From Eledone cirrhosa (Eukaryota), in the NCBI GenBank assembly GCA_964016885.1, contig OZ024753.1, positions 744,001 to 808,000 on the forward strand: a stretch of 64,000 nt of DNA, read 5' to 3'. Under the pieces are notes generated by a model. That model did no database searches. It was not told the origin of the DNA and was given only the letters and a program-made list of their open reading frames with translations. A program made the position numbers and the translations under genes. Positions 28,578-41,830 of this stretch are shown here, piece after piece (within the stretch, counting starts at the first letter, position 1; every line of letters begins with the position of its first letter).

Positions 28578-31245
28578 ATACTTAATGAGAAAGGAGGAGC
28601 TGTCGCAGCTCGATGAACAAACAGAAGCACAATTTAGTATAGCTAGATCTAAACTTAGAAATATTATAGAACAGTATAGCAAGAAGCAAAATAGAATGCA
28701 ACTGGGAGAAAAATCTGCAAATGGCTTGCGTAAGCTCATGCAACGCTCGCGTAATGGAGAGATTGCATGCTTTCCAACAGACAAGTATGGCAGAATGTCG
28801 GTTAACAGTCTGTCAAACTACATCCAGGCAATGCAGCCCCACACCACTAACACAAGAGAAGTAACACCATAAGAGCATGAGGATAGGGAGAAAACCCTCA
28901 ATGCCCATATGATGATGTGGACAAACATAATGCAGCCCAACAAAAGGACTGCCAACAACTTCCAGGCCTGGAACAACGACGTGCTAGCGTTGTATGGGCT
29001 TCGAAAAGACCATAAAACGAGCAGTGACTCTGTCACAGGACCACCAACACGACCAGTCTGTGGAGCTAACATTGCTAGTAACTACAAACTTTCCTATTTC
29101 CTCTCCCTGATCATACGCCCCATCATTGAAATGACCCCAGATATATGTGACAGCACGGAGGACCTCCTCAGCAGAATCAGCGAAAGTAACCGATCTAGGG
29201 ACCTAACAAACTGTATAATAGGTAGTATGGATGTTGTGTCCCTATATCCATCCATTGACATGGATTTCGCTGTGGAGAAATGCGTATAAATGATCAGTGA
29301 GAGCAATGTTGAATTCTGTGGGATTGATACCAGTGAGCTGGGATTCCTACTTAAACTTACCTATAGTAATGATTATCTAGATACATATGACCTTAGCAAC
29401 CTGTGCCCTACAAGACCAGCAAAAGGCAGACCACCTACCATTACCTCAATGGCCAAGAAAACCCACACAGATAGATGGAACGGGTGGACCAGAGCCATAC
29501 GGACCCCCGAAAACCACAATGAACTAAAGAAAATGATTGCACATGCGGTGGGGGCCAGTATAAAATTAACCCTTAAGGAACATATGTTCAAATTTAATGG
29601 AAAAACATATGCAAGAGGAGGGAGCAGCCATTGGTGTTAGCATTGCAGGTAACATAGCTAACCTATTCATGGTATGGTGGGACAATAGACTTAAACTTAA
29701 AGAACAATTAGAAGACAGCAACCTCTTAACCATGATAATGTACTCCCGCTACGTTGATGATATAAACATCGTAGTAAAAACACCCCCACTAGAGAACAGT
29801 CAGGAATTAGAGAAAAACACCATGGAAAGCATCCAGCAAATAGCTAACTCCATCCACCAGAGTATTAGAGTTACTATAGACTACCCAAGCAAACACCCCA
29901 AGCATCGATTGCTGGTACTAGACACGGAGCTCTGGTTAGAAACCATTAATAACAAAAAACAAATCCTCCATTCCCATTATGTCAAACCCATGACTTCCAA
30001 ATATCTGATCCACTGAAACTCAGCTGTTTCGGACCATACCAAAATCAACATACTGATTGCGGATTTGGTACGGGTGATGAGAAACGTGTCCCGCATGTGC
30101 AACCCCAAAGAACTAGAGAGACACATACAACACTTCATCCACTGTATGCAGTTCTCTGGCTACAATCAGAGAGATAAAATCAGAGTGTATAGAGGCGCCA
30201 GAACCAAATGGGAAAAAATGGTAAATAATGACACAAATAGGACCTGCCCCTTGTATAGGAGCAAATTTTGGAATAGAATAGAAAGAACTAGGAATAAGGT
30301 TAATAGAATAAACTCATGGTATGATAGCAATAAATACCAGAGTGTAATGTTCATAATACAATCCCTAGAGGTGAATTAGCTTACAAATTTAGAAGGGCCC
30401 TAGATAAACATAAACTCAATATTAAGATAGTAGAAAGACCAGGTACCTCCATAAAAACACTTATTAGTAATACATACCCTTTCAAAGACCTCCCTGTATA
30501 GATAAGAAATGCATAATCTGTAAACTAAGCCCCCATATTAACTGTAAAACTAGAAATGTAGTATATAGCATAAGATGTACTGAAGGACAATGTAGAGATA
30601 AGAATATAGTGTACATAGGTGAGACAGCTCGTAGTATAGGAGAACGGTTAAATTAACACTGGCGAGAGCTTCAAGATAAAAAAGAATCAGTACTCCACCA
30701 ACATGCTAAAATAGAACATAAGGGCAAATTAGAGAACATAGAAATAAAAATAGAATCTACACACAGAAAAGACGCAATGTTTAGACAAATCACAGAGGCA
30801 ATGAACATAAATGAACTCCAACCAAAATTAAATAGAAAACATGAATGGAATAGCAACATCACAACTTACAATTAAGGACAAAATGAAAACACACACACAT
30901 AGAACAAACAACCAACCAGTAACGTGTAAATAAACAAATAAATAAACAAATATAAACACACACAGACACCCGGATGTAACACATGCGCAAACTAACCACA
31001 CAACACACACAAAAACAAGATGGCGTAGGACAGAACAAAGGAGAGGCACAAAAACAAAGAAAAGAATCCCCAGTCACTGAAGAGGTCACAGAATGTGTGA
31101 CGAAAGAACTTTGACAATATATGAACAACCGTCTGGTTGTGGAACCAATTCTTAAATTTATAAATTTAACTTATAATAAATTGGAGTGAAAGCAACTGGT
31201 GCGTGTGTTTCTTATTGGCAACATGACCCTCCCAAAGCATAACAA
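28578..31245 (+). mobile_element. Penelope-like element family A, 5'-truncated pseudogenised RT + zinc finger + GIY-YIG + pLTR
   Basis: TDKYGR, LYGLRKDHK..PTRPVCGA, SMDVVSLYPSID, GAAIG, YSRYVDDI and HYVKPM motifs; then C-x4-C-x2-C and NVVYSIRC...YIGETARSIGERLN*H (about 30555-30660). Several stops and frameshifts. Confidence 0.92.
31073..31115 (+). ncRNA. Hammerhead ribozyme, type I minimal, intact core
   Basis: GTCA-CTGAAGA-G-GTCACA(GAATG)TGTGAC-GAAA-G(AA)CTT^TGAC. Confidence 0.85.
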
Positions 31246-31499
31246 TTTCGGTTTCAACACACGTTTTCAGATAAAGAATCTTGCTAAACAAATTCAGAAC
31301 CGAAATATATATATATATATATATGTACATATGTTTATATATATATATATATATATATAAGGATTAGAATACTGGAGCGTGTTGGAGTTAAACACCCTCT
31401 TCGTATTATAGAAATGACAGTAAAAGGTATAGCTCAATGCAGTTAAACAGGGCCAAAAAATTAAGAGAGTAAAACAAAGAATCCTTTAATACATCAAAA

Positions 31500-31556
31500 G
31501 TTTTTATTAGCCGACAATGTTTCGTCCTATTAAGGACTCATCAGGGCAATCAAAAC
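31500..31556 (-). ncRNA. Hammerhead ribozyme, type I, intact (minus strand)
   Basis: Exact reverse complement of 33135-33191. Confidence 0.9.
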
Positions 31557-31873
31557 AACAAGAAGTAATATCGGCAGATACAAGCCGGAAACTCTGAAGA
31601 ATATGAAGTGTGCATACACTAAAGTCTTACAAAAATATATGATAATAAAAATATATAATAATAAGAATAACTAAGGATGTAGATAACATTAAGAACCATA
31701 TTACAAATATAGTCCAAAGCAACTAACCTAAATCTATACAAATTTGGTTATATAGAGCAGGAATTATATATAACACAATGCAATAAACATAATACATTAT
31801 AATAATATACCTTTACCAACATTAAAATTACAAATTAAAAATCAAAAGGTACAATATGTACATGTATATATGT

Positions 31874-31925
<52 letters not shown>

Positions 31926-32358
31926 ACACACACACACACGCACATATAACAATACACCCATCTATGATCAACTACACAAATTAAGCCCTATTAGAAGTTT
32001 GAATATAAAAATAAGCATGATAAGAGTGAAAATAATAACAATACATCTACCCAATATACATGAGGCAATAATATGATATAATTACAAGAGACATATATAA
32101 TAAATAATAAACAATAAAATTATATAATTCAATATAATATAATAAAATAGATAATCCCCGGTTAGTTTACAGAAACAATATAGATGTCACAATAAAATAC
32201 AATGATAATACGTAAACAGTGTACTAACATTTACCATAAACAATGTATACAAATCGATTCATACTGGGTTACAGAGTAAATGAGGAAAAATAAATTATAT
32301 AATACTCAAAAAAACACTATAATGGTACTGTAAAAATTATGATGGTACAGAAAAAAAT

Positions 32359-32545
32359 ATATACAGACATCTTACATGATATGTAAAGTCTAAATATCAT
32401 AATGTTACATATAATGAACAGTAAGTAATAAGGATCAATATTACAATATTACAAAATATACAGACATCTTACATGATATATAAAGTTTAAATGTCATAAT
32501 GTTACATATAATGAACAGTAAGTAATAAGGATCAATATTACAATA
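32359..32545. repeat. ~97-bp tandem duplication in the spacer (plus a 44-bp duplication at 32597-32686)
   Basis: ATACAGACATCTTACATGATAT...GGATCAATATTACAATA occurs twice. Confidence 0.9.
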
Positions 32546-33134
32546 CAATATAATATAATATATTATAAATTGACATAAAATAATACTTATAATTACAAGG
32601 TTAGTAGACAGACATATGTGGATGTGTAAGCAAAGCCAGACAGGTTAGTAGACAGACATATGTAGATGTGTAAGCAAAGCCAGACAGTGGATAGTAAATA
32701 GAATATAGAATGAAATAAATAAATAAATATAATCAACCGGAAATTACAAAACAAAAGCAAATATATACACACATGTGTGTGTGTGTGCGCACATATATAC
32801 ATGTACATATTGTACCTTTTGATTTTTAATTTGTAATTTTAATGTTGGTAAAGGTATATTATTATAATGTATTATGTTTATTGCATTGTGTTATATATAA
32901 TTCCTGCTCTATATAACCAAATTTGTTTAGATTTAGGTTAGTTGCTTTGGACTATATTTGTAATATGGTTCTTAATGTTATATACATCCTTAGTTATTCT
33001 TATTATTATATATTTTTATTATTTTTATTTTTATTTTCATTTTTATTATCATATATTTTTGTAAGACTTTAGTGTATGCACACTCCATATTCTTCAGAGT
33101 TTCCGGCTTGTATCTGCCGATATTACTTCTTGTT

Positions 33135-33191
33135 GTTTTGATTGCCCTGATGAGTCCTTAATAGGACGAAACATTGTCGGCTAATAAAAAC
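33135..33191 (+). ncRNA. Hammerhead ribozyme, type I, intact
   Basis: GTTTTGATTGCC-CTGATGA-GTCCT(TAAT)AGGAC-GAAAC(ATT)GTC^GGCTAATAAAAAC; predicted cleavage after C33178. Confidence 0.92.
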
Positions 33192-33439
33192 TTTTGATGT
33201 ATTAAAGGATTCTTTGTTTTACTCTCTTAATATATATATATATATATATGTACATATGTTTATATATATATATATATATGTACATATGTTTATATATATA
33301 TATATATGTACATATGTTTACATATATATATATATATGTACATATGTTTATATATATATATATATATATATGTACATATGTTTATATATATATATATATA
33401 AACATATGTACATATATATATATATATATATGTACATAT

Positions 33440-33480
<41 letters not shown>

Positions 33481-33528
33481 TGTGTATATATATATATATA
33501 TATATATATGTACATGTGTATATATATA

Positions 33529-34712
33529 TCATCATCATCATCATCAACGTTTAACGTCCGTGTTCCACGCTTGCATGGGTTTGGACGGGGGTAGTCCCAC
33601 TTGAGGCAAGAGTGATTGTCTTGCTCGCATAGGACTGTCTGGCAGGTTTTCTACAGTTGGATGCCCTTCCTAACACCAACCACATTTACAGTGTGGGTCT
33701 GGGAGGTTTTTACCGTGTTGCCTACACGGCCACATTACAGCGTGGACTGTGTGTTTTTTTGTCGTGACACCTACACGATCTCATTTGTTTCGGCCCGGAT
33801 GGCGCGGCACCAACATAACTTTACATAGGACGGGGTGGTGTGGATGGGGTGGGGGTGGTGGTGGTGGGACGGGGTGTATTTTGTTAGAGATGCCTACTGG
33901 CAAGGCGGGTCTTCTCTGTTACTGAGTACCGCCAAAGGTCTCGGTCCAGTGACATTGTCTTGGAGAGGTGTAAGTGTGTGAGGTCGGAGTTTATCAGCTC
34001 GTCCCAGGTTTTTCTAGGTCTGCCTATTCCGTGGCTACCGTCTATCTTTATTGCCCTGCACTTTGTTATACAGCTATCGACTTTCATGCGCATCACGTGT
34101 CCATACCAACGTAGCCTTCTCTCGAGTAAACAACATCTGATCCCTCTTATCTCTAATTTTTTCCTTAGTTCGTTTATGCTTTGCCGTTCACGTATATTAC
34201 TGTTACACATCCAGCGGAGCATGCAAGCTTCGTTCCTCTCTAGTCTGCGTATATCCTCTGCACACAATGCCCAGGTCTCACTGCCATGCAACATTGCTGT
34301 TCGTATGCAGGCATCGTACAACCTGCCTTTCATTTTTAGGGAGAACCCTTTAGCAGCTAATAGTGGTATAAGCTCTCTGAACTTTTTCCAACCAGTTCTG
34401 ACTCTAGCTACAGTACTTTCAGAGCACCCTCCCCCACTGCTGATTTTATCGCCCAGGTAACGGAAGCTGTCCACTATTTCTATAGAACCCTCTGCGCAAT
34501 TGAAAGAGCTAGTATTGTGTGGGCACTTGCTGCTACTTATTGCACCAGAACACCGGCCACATGTAAAATCTATGTTCTTAGTTAGCTTACCTGTGATCCC
34601 ACTACATCTTTTATGCACCCATACTTTGCATTTAGGACACAAAATGGAGTTTCTACCTACGCCTTTCCTACACACCGAGCACGACCATTTCCCAGAAGGG
34701 ACCGCCGCCTTG
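33529..34712 (-). mobile_element. RTE LINE family 1, 5'-truncated young copy (263-aa open stretch plus 3' UTR)
   Basis: [23 protein letters not shown]...CGRC, VDSFRYLGD, MLHGSETW, RRLRWYGHVMR and GRPRKTW motifs; (GAT)n tail. Confidence 0.9.
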
Positions 34713-34721
34713 TTTTCTTTC

Positions 34722-34753
<32 letters not shown>

Positions 34754-34851
34754 TGTGTATATATATATATGTGTATATATATATATATGTATATATATGT
34801 GTATATATATATATATGTATATATATGTGTATATATATATATATGTGTATA

Positions 34852-35595
34852 TAGTGTGTGTTTATATGTGTTTGTTGTTATTGTGCTTGTGTATGTATTT
34901 ATTTATTTATTTATCTATTTATTTATTTATTTATTTATACTTCTCTTAGGTCAGTGTTGTTTGTTTGGGTGTTGTTGTTATTCCATTCATTCTTTCTGTT
35001 TAGTCTTGGCCTTCTAAGTTCTATTTCACTGGCCTCTCTGATTTGCCTATCTGCTGGGTCATTTCTATGTTTAGATATTATTCTAATTTCTATGTTGTCT
35101 ATGTTACCGTCTTGTTGTTGTCTGGCGTGTTCGTATAGTACTGACCCGTTTTTTCAGTCTATAGCATAAGATGTACAGAGGGTACTTGCAGAAACATGAC
35201 AACAACATACATAGGCGAGACAGCTCGTAGCATAGGTGAAAGGATAGACCAACACTGGGGGGAACTAAAAGTACAAAAAATCGGTTCAGTACTATATGAA
35301 CACACCAGAGAACAACACAACAGTAACATAGACAACATAGAAATTAAAATAATATCTAAACATTAGAAATGATCCAGCAGGTAGGCAAGTGAAATAGAGC
35401 ATAGAAGGCCAAAGTTAAACAGAAAAAAACAAATGGAATAGAACATTCAAACAACAATACTTAAGACTTAAAAGAAATATAAATAAATAAATAAATAAAT
35501 ATATACACAAGCACAATAACAACAAACCCATATAAACTCACACTAGTAAACTAAGATAGAATACAATAACCAAAACACAGTCACCCAAACGCAAG
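34852..35595. mobile_element. Penelope family A-related GIY-YIG fragment with an inverted duplication
   Basis: 35160-35260 reads YSIRCTEGTC...YIGETARSIGERIDQHW; 34852-35157 is an inverted copy of about 35273-35545. Confidence 0.85.
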
Positions 35596-36937
35596 GCTCA
35601 GCGCCTACGGTGGTGAGTAGGGAGGTAGCCATGGGGCCGAGGACACCAGAAGTTTCCACTGCCAGGGGTACAACCACAAACCTGTCGGAGAGCGACCGGT
35701 ATTTGAGGAGTTTGGCCCCCTCAGCCTGACGTGCAGCAGAACCTGGGTCAGTCGCAGACTGCACCAGATTGCGGCTGCAGAAAGTGTCGGTGCAAGTGGC
35801 ATCCCAGACGAGGGGTTTGCCACCGCGGAACGGGAGGATGATCATGCCATCTAGCCTTTTGCCGTCCCCTCGATCCAGCCCCACCGGCTCGAGCTGGGAA
35901 GGGAAGCCTGCAGCATCCAAGCCATGCTTAATAACCTCGTTGAGGGCAGTATGGCGTGGAATGCGGCCGGTACTGTGGTGACAGGAAAGCAAGGTCGAAA
36001 GAGCAGCGACATTGGTGTGAGGCCGAGCCTCAGGGAAACGCTGATTGACAGGCTATGGTTGTCTAGCTGCGTGCCAGTGGAGAAGGAAGGCAGAGCATGG
36101 AGCCAGGCACCACTGTGGGGTTTGGAGGCCGCACGAAAACAAGCAAGGCGGTGCTGGTCGAGCTGACGCATGAGCCTATCTGAGGCCAGGCTGCACTGGA
36201 TGGCATCCCAAGTGCATTGGGGGTTACTTGACATCAACAAGGGGAGAAGGAGGAGGGACGTCTACTGGGCTAAGTCCCAGCCGGTCCCACGTCTCACAGG
36301 CGGCCTCACGTTCTCTGAACACAGAGGGTTCTGTTGTGTTTTGAAGAACCCTGCTGACGAGGACACGGCACGAGGTTACCGACGAAAGATACGCTGGCAA
36401 AGCTAGAGAGATCAGGGACCGGAGGCCTAGGCCGCCATACCTGACAGCTAAAGTGGCCTGTTGCCACCCTATGTCATCAAACTTGATGTTGCATATCCCC
36501 TCGGCTGCTGCTCGGATACAAGTATCGAGGAGAGATGTCTGGGTGTAGCACGGAGCGCTGCGGATTGTATAGAGGAGCTTTGGTATGGCGAAGCAGTTCC
36601 TCAGCAGAAAGAGAGCTGGGTGGCCGTCAATCAAGCCCAGTCGGCTCGTGAGAGTCTGGAGCTGTTGAAGCCTGGACCTGATGGTGGAGCGGATGGCCGG
36701 CGGGTGGATCGGTGACTTGAGGATGAGGACATCCTCTTTGGGGGTCACCTGAACCTGGCGGAGAATGGACCGCACGTCCAAGACAGAGGCTGCAAAGCTC
36801 GCAGCATCGAGGCTGACGTTCACCACCTCCAACCTGACCTAGTTGACCCGGAGGCCGATTCCCGCCAGGGCAGGAATCACCGATTGAAGGTCTTGGCAGA
36901 CCGTCCGTACGGGCCCGCCCAACGTAGCATCATCCAG
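35596..36937 (-). mobile_element. CRE-like LINE internal fragment (RT from LDD through RLE)
   Basis: LDDATLGGP, LLRNCFAIPKLLYTIRS, WQQATLAVRYGGLGLRS, SGAWLHALPS and GDGKRLDG...WDATC motifs. Confidence 0.88.
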
Positions 36938-37272
36938 AACACACGCAAACGCATGCACAGAGAAGAAGACAAAAATAAATAAATAAATAAATAAACAGAT
37001 AAAATAAAAATGGCATAGACATACAATACAGTAGGAGGAACATAATAGTACCACTGATGATGTTGCAGATGTGCAACGAAAGAACTTTGTTAGACTCTAT
37101 ATATGTGTTTATATCTGTATTTTTTACTGTTGGCCAGTCAATGATAAACATTGAGGACCAAATGAATTAACTGTGGAGATATAAAAGATACAGAAGTGAA
37201 AACCAACCCAAACCAAACAGTGAGTATGTTCTGTTATTATTACAACAATATGACCCTCCACAAGTAAAACAG
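36938..37272 (+). mobile_element. Penelope pLTR, continuation of 35160-35595
   Basis: Contains a hammerhead and ends ATGACCCTCCACAAG, like 31223-31245. Confidence 0.7.
37048..37092 (+). ncRNA. Hammerhead ribozyme, type I minimal, intact core
   Basis: TACCA-CTGATGA-T-GTTGCA(GATG)TGCAAC-GAAA-G(AA)CTT^TGTTA; one mismatch in stem I. Confidence 0.8.
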
Positions 37273-40200
37273 TATATATATATATATATATATGTGTATA
37301 TATATAAACATATGTACATATACATATACATATATATATAAACATATGTACATATACATATATATGTACATATACATATATATGTACATATATATATAAA
37401 CATATGTACATATATATGTACATATACATATAAACATATGTACATATACATATATATATATATAAATATATGTACATATATATATATGAGTGTGTGTTTG
37501 TGCATGCATGGTGGTTGTGATGGTGGAGCATAAACAATAGACAGGGTGGGATGTGCAGTAAAACTAGAAAAACAGGTTAGCAATTAAAGTAGGATGTCAA
37601 AATACAAACAAAGACATCGAGTAAAAAAGAGAGTTGGAAGCATCTACTTTGATAGAATGAGGTCTCCCTGTGATTGGTGATTATCTGATGATCTGAGCAA
37701 TCCTTTCATTAGCTCAATTGCAATGAAAACAGGTATCATCATCATCTTCAACATCAACAACAATATTTTACATCTGTTTTGTTTCATGCTTGCATGGAAT
37801 GGGTTTTCGCCATCCATGTCTGCCTTCCCTTGTTTCATTATTTTGTCATTTCCTCAAGGGCAGTGGATTAGCAGTATCAGTAGAGGATCGGACGCCATGC
37901 TTTCTAGCATAGAGTTACGTCCCTTTACGGACTGAGTTAAAATCCCTCCAAGGTTAACTTTGCCTTTCATCCTTACAGGGTCGATAAAATAAAGTACCAG
38001 TAATGTACTGAGTAATTGCTGGCCTTGTGCCAAAAGTAGAAACAATTATTTTGTCATTTCCTCTGTAAGGTTCAGTGTTTTGAGATTAGCACTCACCTAC
38101 TTATCTCATATCTACCTTGGTTTTCCTCTACTACAACTTCCTTCTAATGGTATTTCCTATAGTTTCTTTTTTTTTTTTTATGCTATTTATTTATGTACTT
38201 ACATACATACTATTTATTTATACATCTACACACCACACCCGATGTATTCGAAATGTTATATGCTGTATTCGTTTTGATTATCAAATTTCCTTGATTGCAC
38301 AATCAGCATTTCCTGGGCAATCCTTTGTTGATGACTGTACTGCCACTCACAAATATATTTTGTACACCAGTCTTTTCATGCTTGTCTTCCTTTGTTTCCT
38401 TCTTTTGTCATCACCTGTAGCCCATTAGCATTTACATTACACTATATTAACTATTGTATTTTCACAATAAACACTTTATTTCACATAATTATCTCACATA
38501 ATATCGAATCTATGAGATTTTGATATTTATTTTGAGAACAATACCTTAACATTAGTAAGAGCAGCCAGTTACTGTTGGTTTGAACAGAAAGAGGTGAGAG
38601 AATTCTGGCTGGATACAGTCAGTTTAAATGCTAAAGGGTTTTTAATGTTTTGAGAGTTTTGAAATTTCCTCTCATCACCTCCATCCGTGTCTTTCTCAGG
38701 TTTCCTCTGCTGCATCTTCTTTCCACTGGGAAATCCAGGTACTTCTTCACCCAATGATCGCCATCCATACACATCACATGGCCATACCAATACAGCCTTC
38801 TCTCTTACACACTACATCTGATTCACCTTATACTCAGTTTTTCTCTCAGTTCTGATACTGAGCATTCCAGTTGTTTGAACAATGGTACAGACTGCGTGAG
38901 AAATTAATATGCAGTGTCTGAGCATTCCACATACATGTGTACCCTTAATGTAATTCTTATTGCGATACAGTGGGCATGACAAAGTATAACAAGGCTGAGC
39001 CTCTGAAATATAGGAACAACACATTTTTGCTAGCTGAGTAAACTGGAGTAATGTGAAATAAAGTGCCTTGCACAAGGTCAAAATGTGCTACAGAGAATTG
39101 AACACATGACCTTACAGTTGTAATCTGAGCAACAAAACCACCAAGCCGCATGTCATCACCTTGCTTGGGTATTTATGTAGGATTTGTGTACAAACTGTGA
39201 TGATACATAGTTTTCAGTACTTTGAAGTTTGTCATGGAAAGATTGGAAGCTTAGTTAATCCTTTAGCATTTACATTACTCTATATATACTATTGTCTTTT
39301 TGTGGTAAAGGCTTTATCACGCGTAATATCTTGCATAATATCAAATCTATGAGATTTTGATATTATTTATTTTGAGAACAATACCTTAATGTCAGTATGA
39401 GCGGCCAGTTAGAACCAGTTTGAATAGAAAGAATTGAGAGAATTCTTGTCGGATATGGCCGGTTTAAATGCTAAAGGGTGAATGTAAATGTAGAAAAGGC
39501 CCTTAACTCCCGATGAAGTTGCTATATTTGACACAAGATGAAAACTTACTGCACAAAATTAGATTTAAAACTGTAGAAACAGGAGTGACCTTTCTAAGCA
39601 AGGTTATCTGAATATTAAAATAATCACTGTGACAGAAATGCAATGGACACCCCCGGTTTTTCCAGATTTACTGCGTAAATAAATATTCATATAATCTAGA
39701 CTACAGATATACACATTGTTAGTTATGAAGTTTAGTTCCCAGTACTATGTGCTAGTTTATGAGAGTATAAACAAGTGCAAGGGCTTTGATTTCCATATCA
39801 ATTCAATGCTTTTCTGAAATTTCAAACAAGTTGTTCGTATTTATTAGGCTTGACAACTAAAACACATAACAATACCTGTTTTATTTATTGCCTATCCTAG
39901 ACAATTATAAATTCAATTATTTGCCTTTATCGGATTTCCTTCTGAAATACTGCATCAGTTTTCTTTCATACATTGTTTGAAATCTTTTGATCCCAAGCCA
40001 TCTGAAACCTTCAAGTTGGTTCTGTGATACACAGCTGTTTATTTTAAATTGTTTATATTTATCTGAAAAGCTTCCACCATAATTTTATGAAAGAACATTT
40101 GTTAGGGTATCCTAGAAAAAAAACACCAACAACAACAACAAATAGCTTAATAATGAGAAAGTTATCAAATTCTGGATTATTTTCAAAATTATTTGTTGAT

Positions 40201-41294
40201 AATAGGCAGTGTCTTTAGTAAGTTAAATAATATATTATTTTAGTTTAACCCTTTAGCATTTAAACCAGCTGTATCCAGCCAGAATTCTCTCACCTTGTTA
40301 TGTTCAAACCAGCCATAACCTGCCGCTCATACTGACAAAGTTATTGTTCGCAAAATAATAACAAATTCTCATAGATTCAATATTATATGAGATAATTATG
40401 TGAGATAAAGCCTTTACTGTGAAAATACAATAGTAAATATAGAGTAATGGAAATATTAAAGTGTTTAAATGTTAGTTAAATAATTTATTGATGAATATGA
40501 TATGACTGAATGGTTAAGAAGTTTTCTCTGCAATCATTAGGTTAATCCCACAATCTGACATATTGGGCAAGTGCAAATTACCATAGCTTTAAGTCAACTG
40601 AAGTTAAATTTGGTAGACAGAAACTGTTTGAAAGGCCATTGATTGGAGTGTACCTGTAATTCAAAGGATCAGCCTTGTCTCAACCTATATCATACTGAAT
40701 CTCCCTTAAAACACGTCTATGAAATGCTCAGTGACTTGCACGTTAGTTGTTCTCAGGAAGATTCAGCATAATACTATTATTTAGGTTTAGTTGTTAGTAG
40801 TGAGAACATACCTACACTGAAGTCTTCTACCTGCCCAGAATATCTGTTGGAGGTAATTACGTAGGTAACCTAATTAACATTGGAAGTGAATTCTGCTAGT
40901 GTGGAAAATGGATGTTAAACGATGATAACGACAATGACAATGATGATGGTGATGATGATGGTGATGGTGATTGTGCAATTAGGAAAATGTTATAAATATT
41001 ATTCTCTTGCACACATTAACATTTCAGTTATATATTTATAACTTTTTTTATAGAACAATTGTTTAAACAATCATAAATTGACTCTGAGAAAATTTGCAAG
41101 AGATTATATTCCTTTGAAAACATTCCCATTGTATTTATGTGCAGTTTGGGCTTATCCTATTATATGGGTGTGCATGGAAGTGCATGGCTTAGTGGTTAGA
41201 GTGTTTAGTGTATGGTTGGAAGGTCATGACTTTGTTGTCTCCTTCAGCAAGACTCTTTATTTCACATTGTTCCAGTCAATTGACCTGGAAAAAT

Positions 41295-41830
41295 GCATTG
41301 GTATGGACATATGATGCATATGAAGGATGACAGCTGCATAAAAAGGTGCAGAGCATTCTAAATTGATGGAAACTATGGAGCACGAAGACTCAGGAAGACT
41401 TGGGATGAGGTGATAAAAGCTGACCTTGCCCAATTGCACCTCTCAAAAACAATGTCACAGGACAGAGATCTCTGGCATTATGCAATAATACAGAAGACCC
41501 GTCTCCCCATAAGCACAGATGAAGCATACATCTAGTATGCACCACCTTCTCCTACATCACTCCCTCCATACACTGCTCATGTCATAACACCCCATCCACA
41601 TCCTTACACTCCACCCACGTCCTAACACCCGACCCATGTCTTTAACAATCCATCTACGTCATAATACCCCACTCCTCACTCATGCTGCTTGATCTACCTC
41701 CCCGATCGCCATGCACCTACTCCACCCAAGTCCCTAGTCCACACTGTAAAGTGTTTGTGTAGGTGTCATGATGAAAAGCATCCAGTCCACACTGTAAATA
41801 AAGTTATCTTTAGAAACCAAGCCATAAAGT
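41295..41830 (+). mobile_element. RTE family 1 3' fragment
   Basis: TGGTATGGACAT (WYGH)...ATACAGAAGACCCG matches 500-1030. Further pieces at 38670-38860 (-) and 59745-60085 (+). Confidence 0.7.

Larger units (their letters stand above)
31460..33231. mobile_element. Non-coding element with ~435-460 bp inverted arms, each bearing a hammerhead (PLE-derived or retrozyme-like)
   Basis: 31460-~31895 is the reverse complement of ~32774-33231, near identical, around an AT-rich spacer. Confidence 0.8.

Noticed and set aside
28585-30379. Functional PLE reverse transcriptase gene
   Set aside because: Split by several stops and frameshifts; this copy cannot be autonomous.
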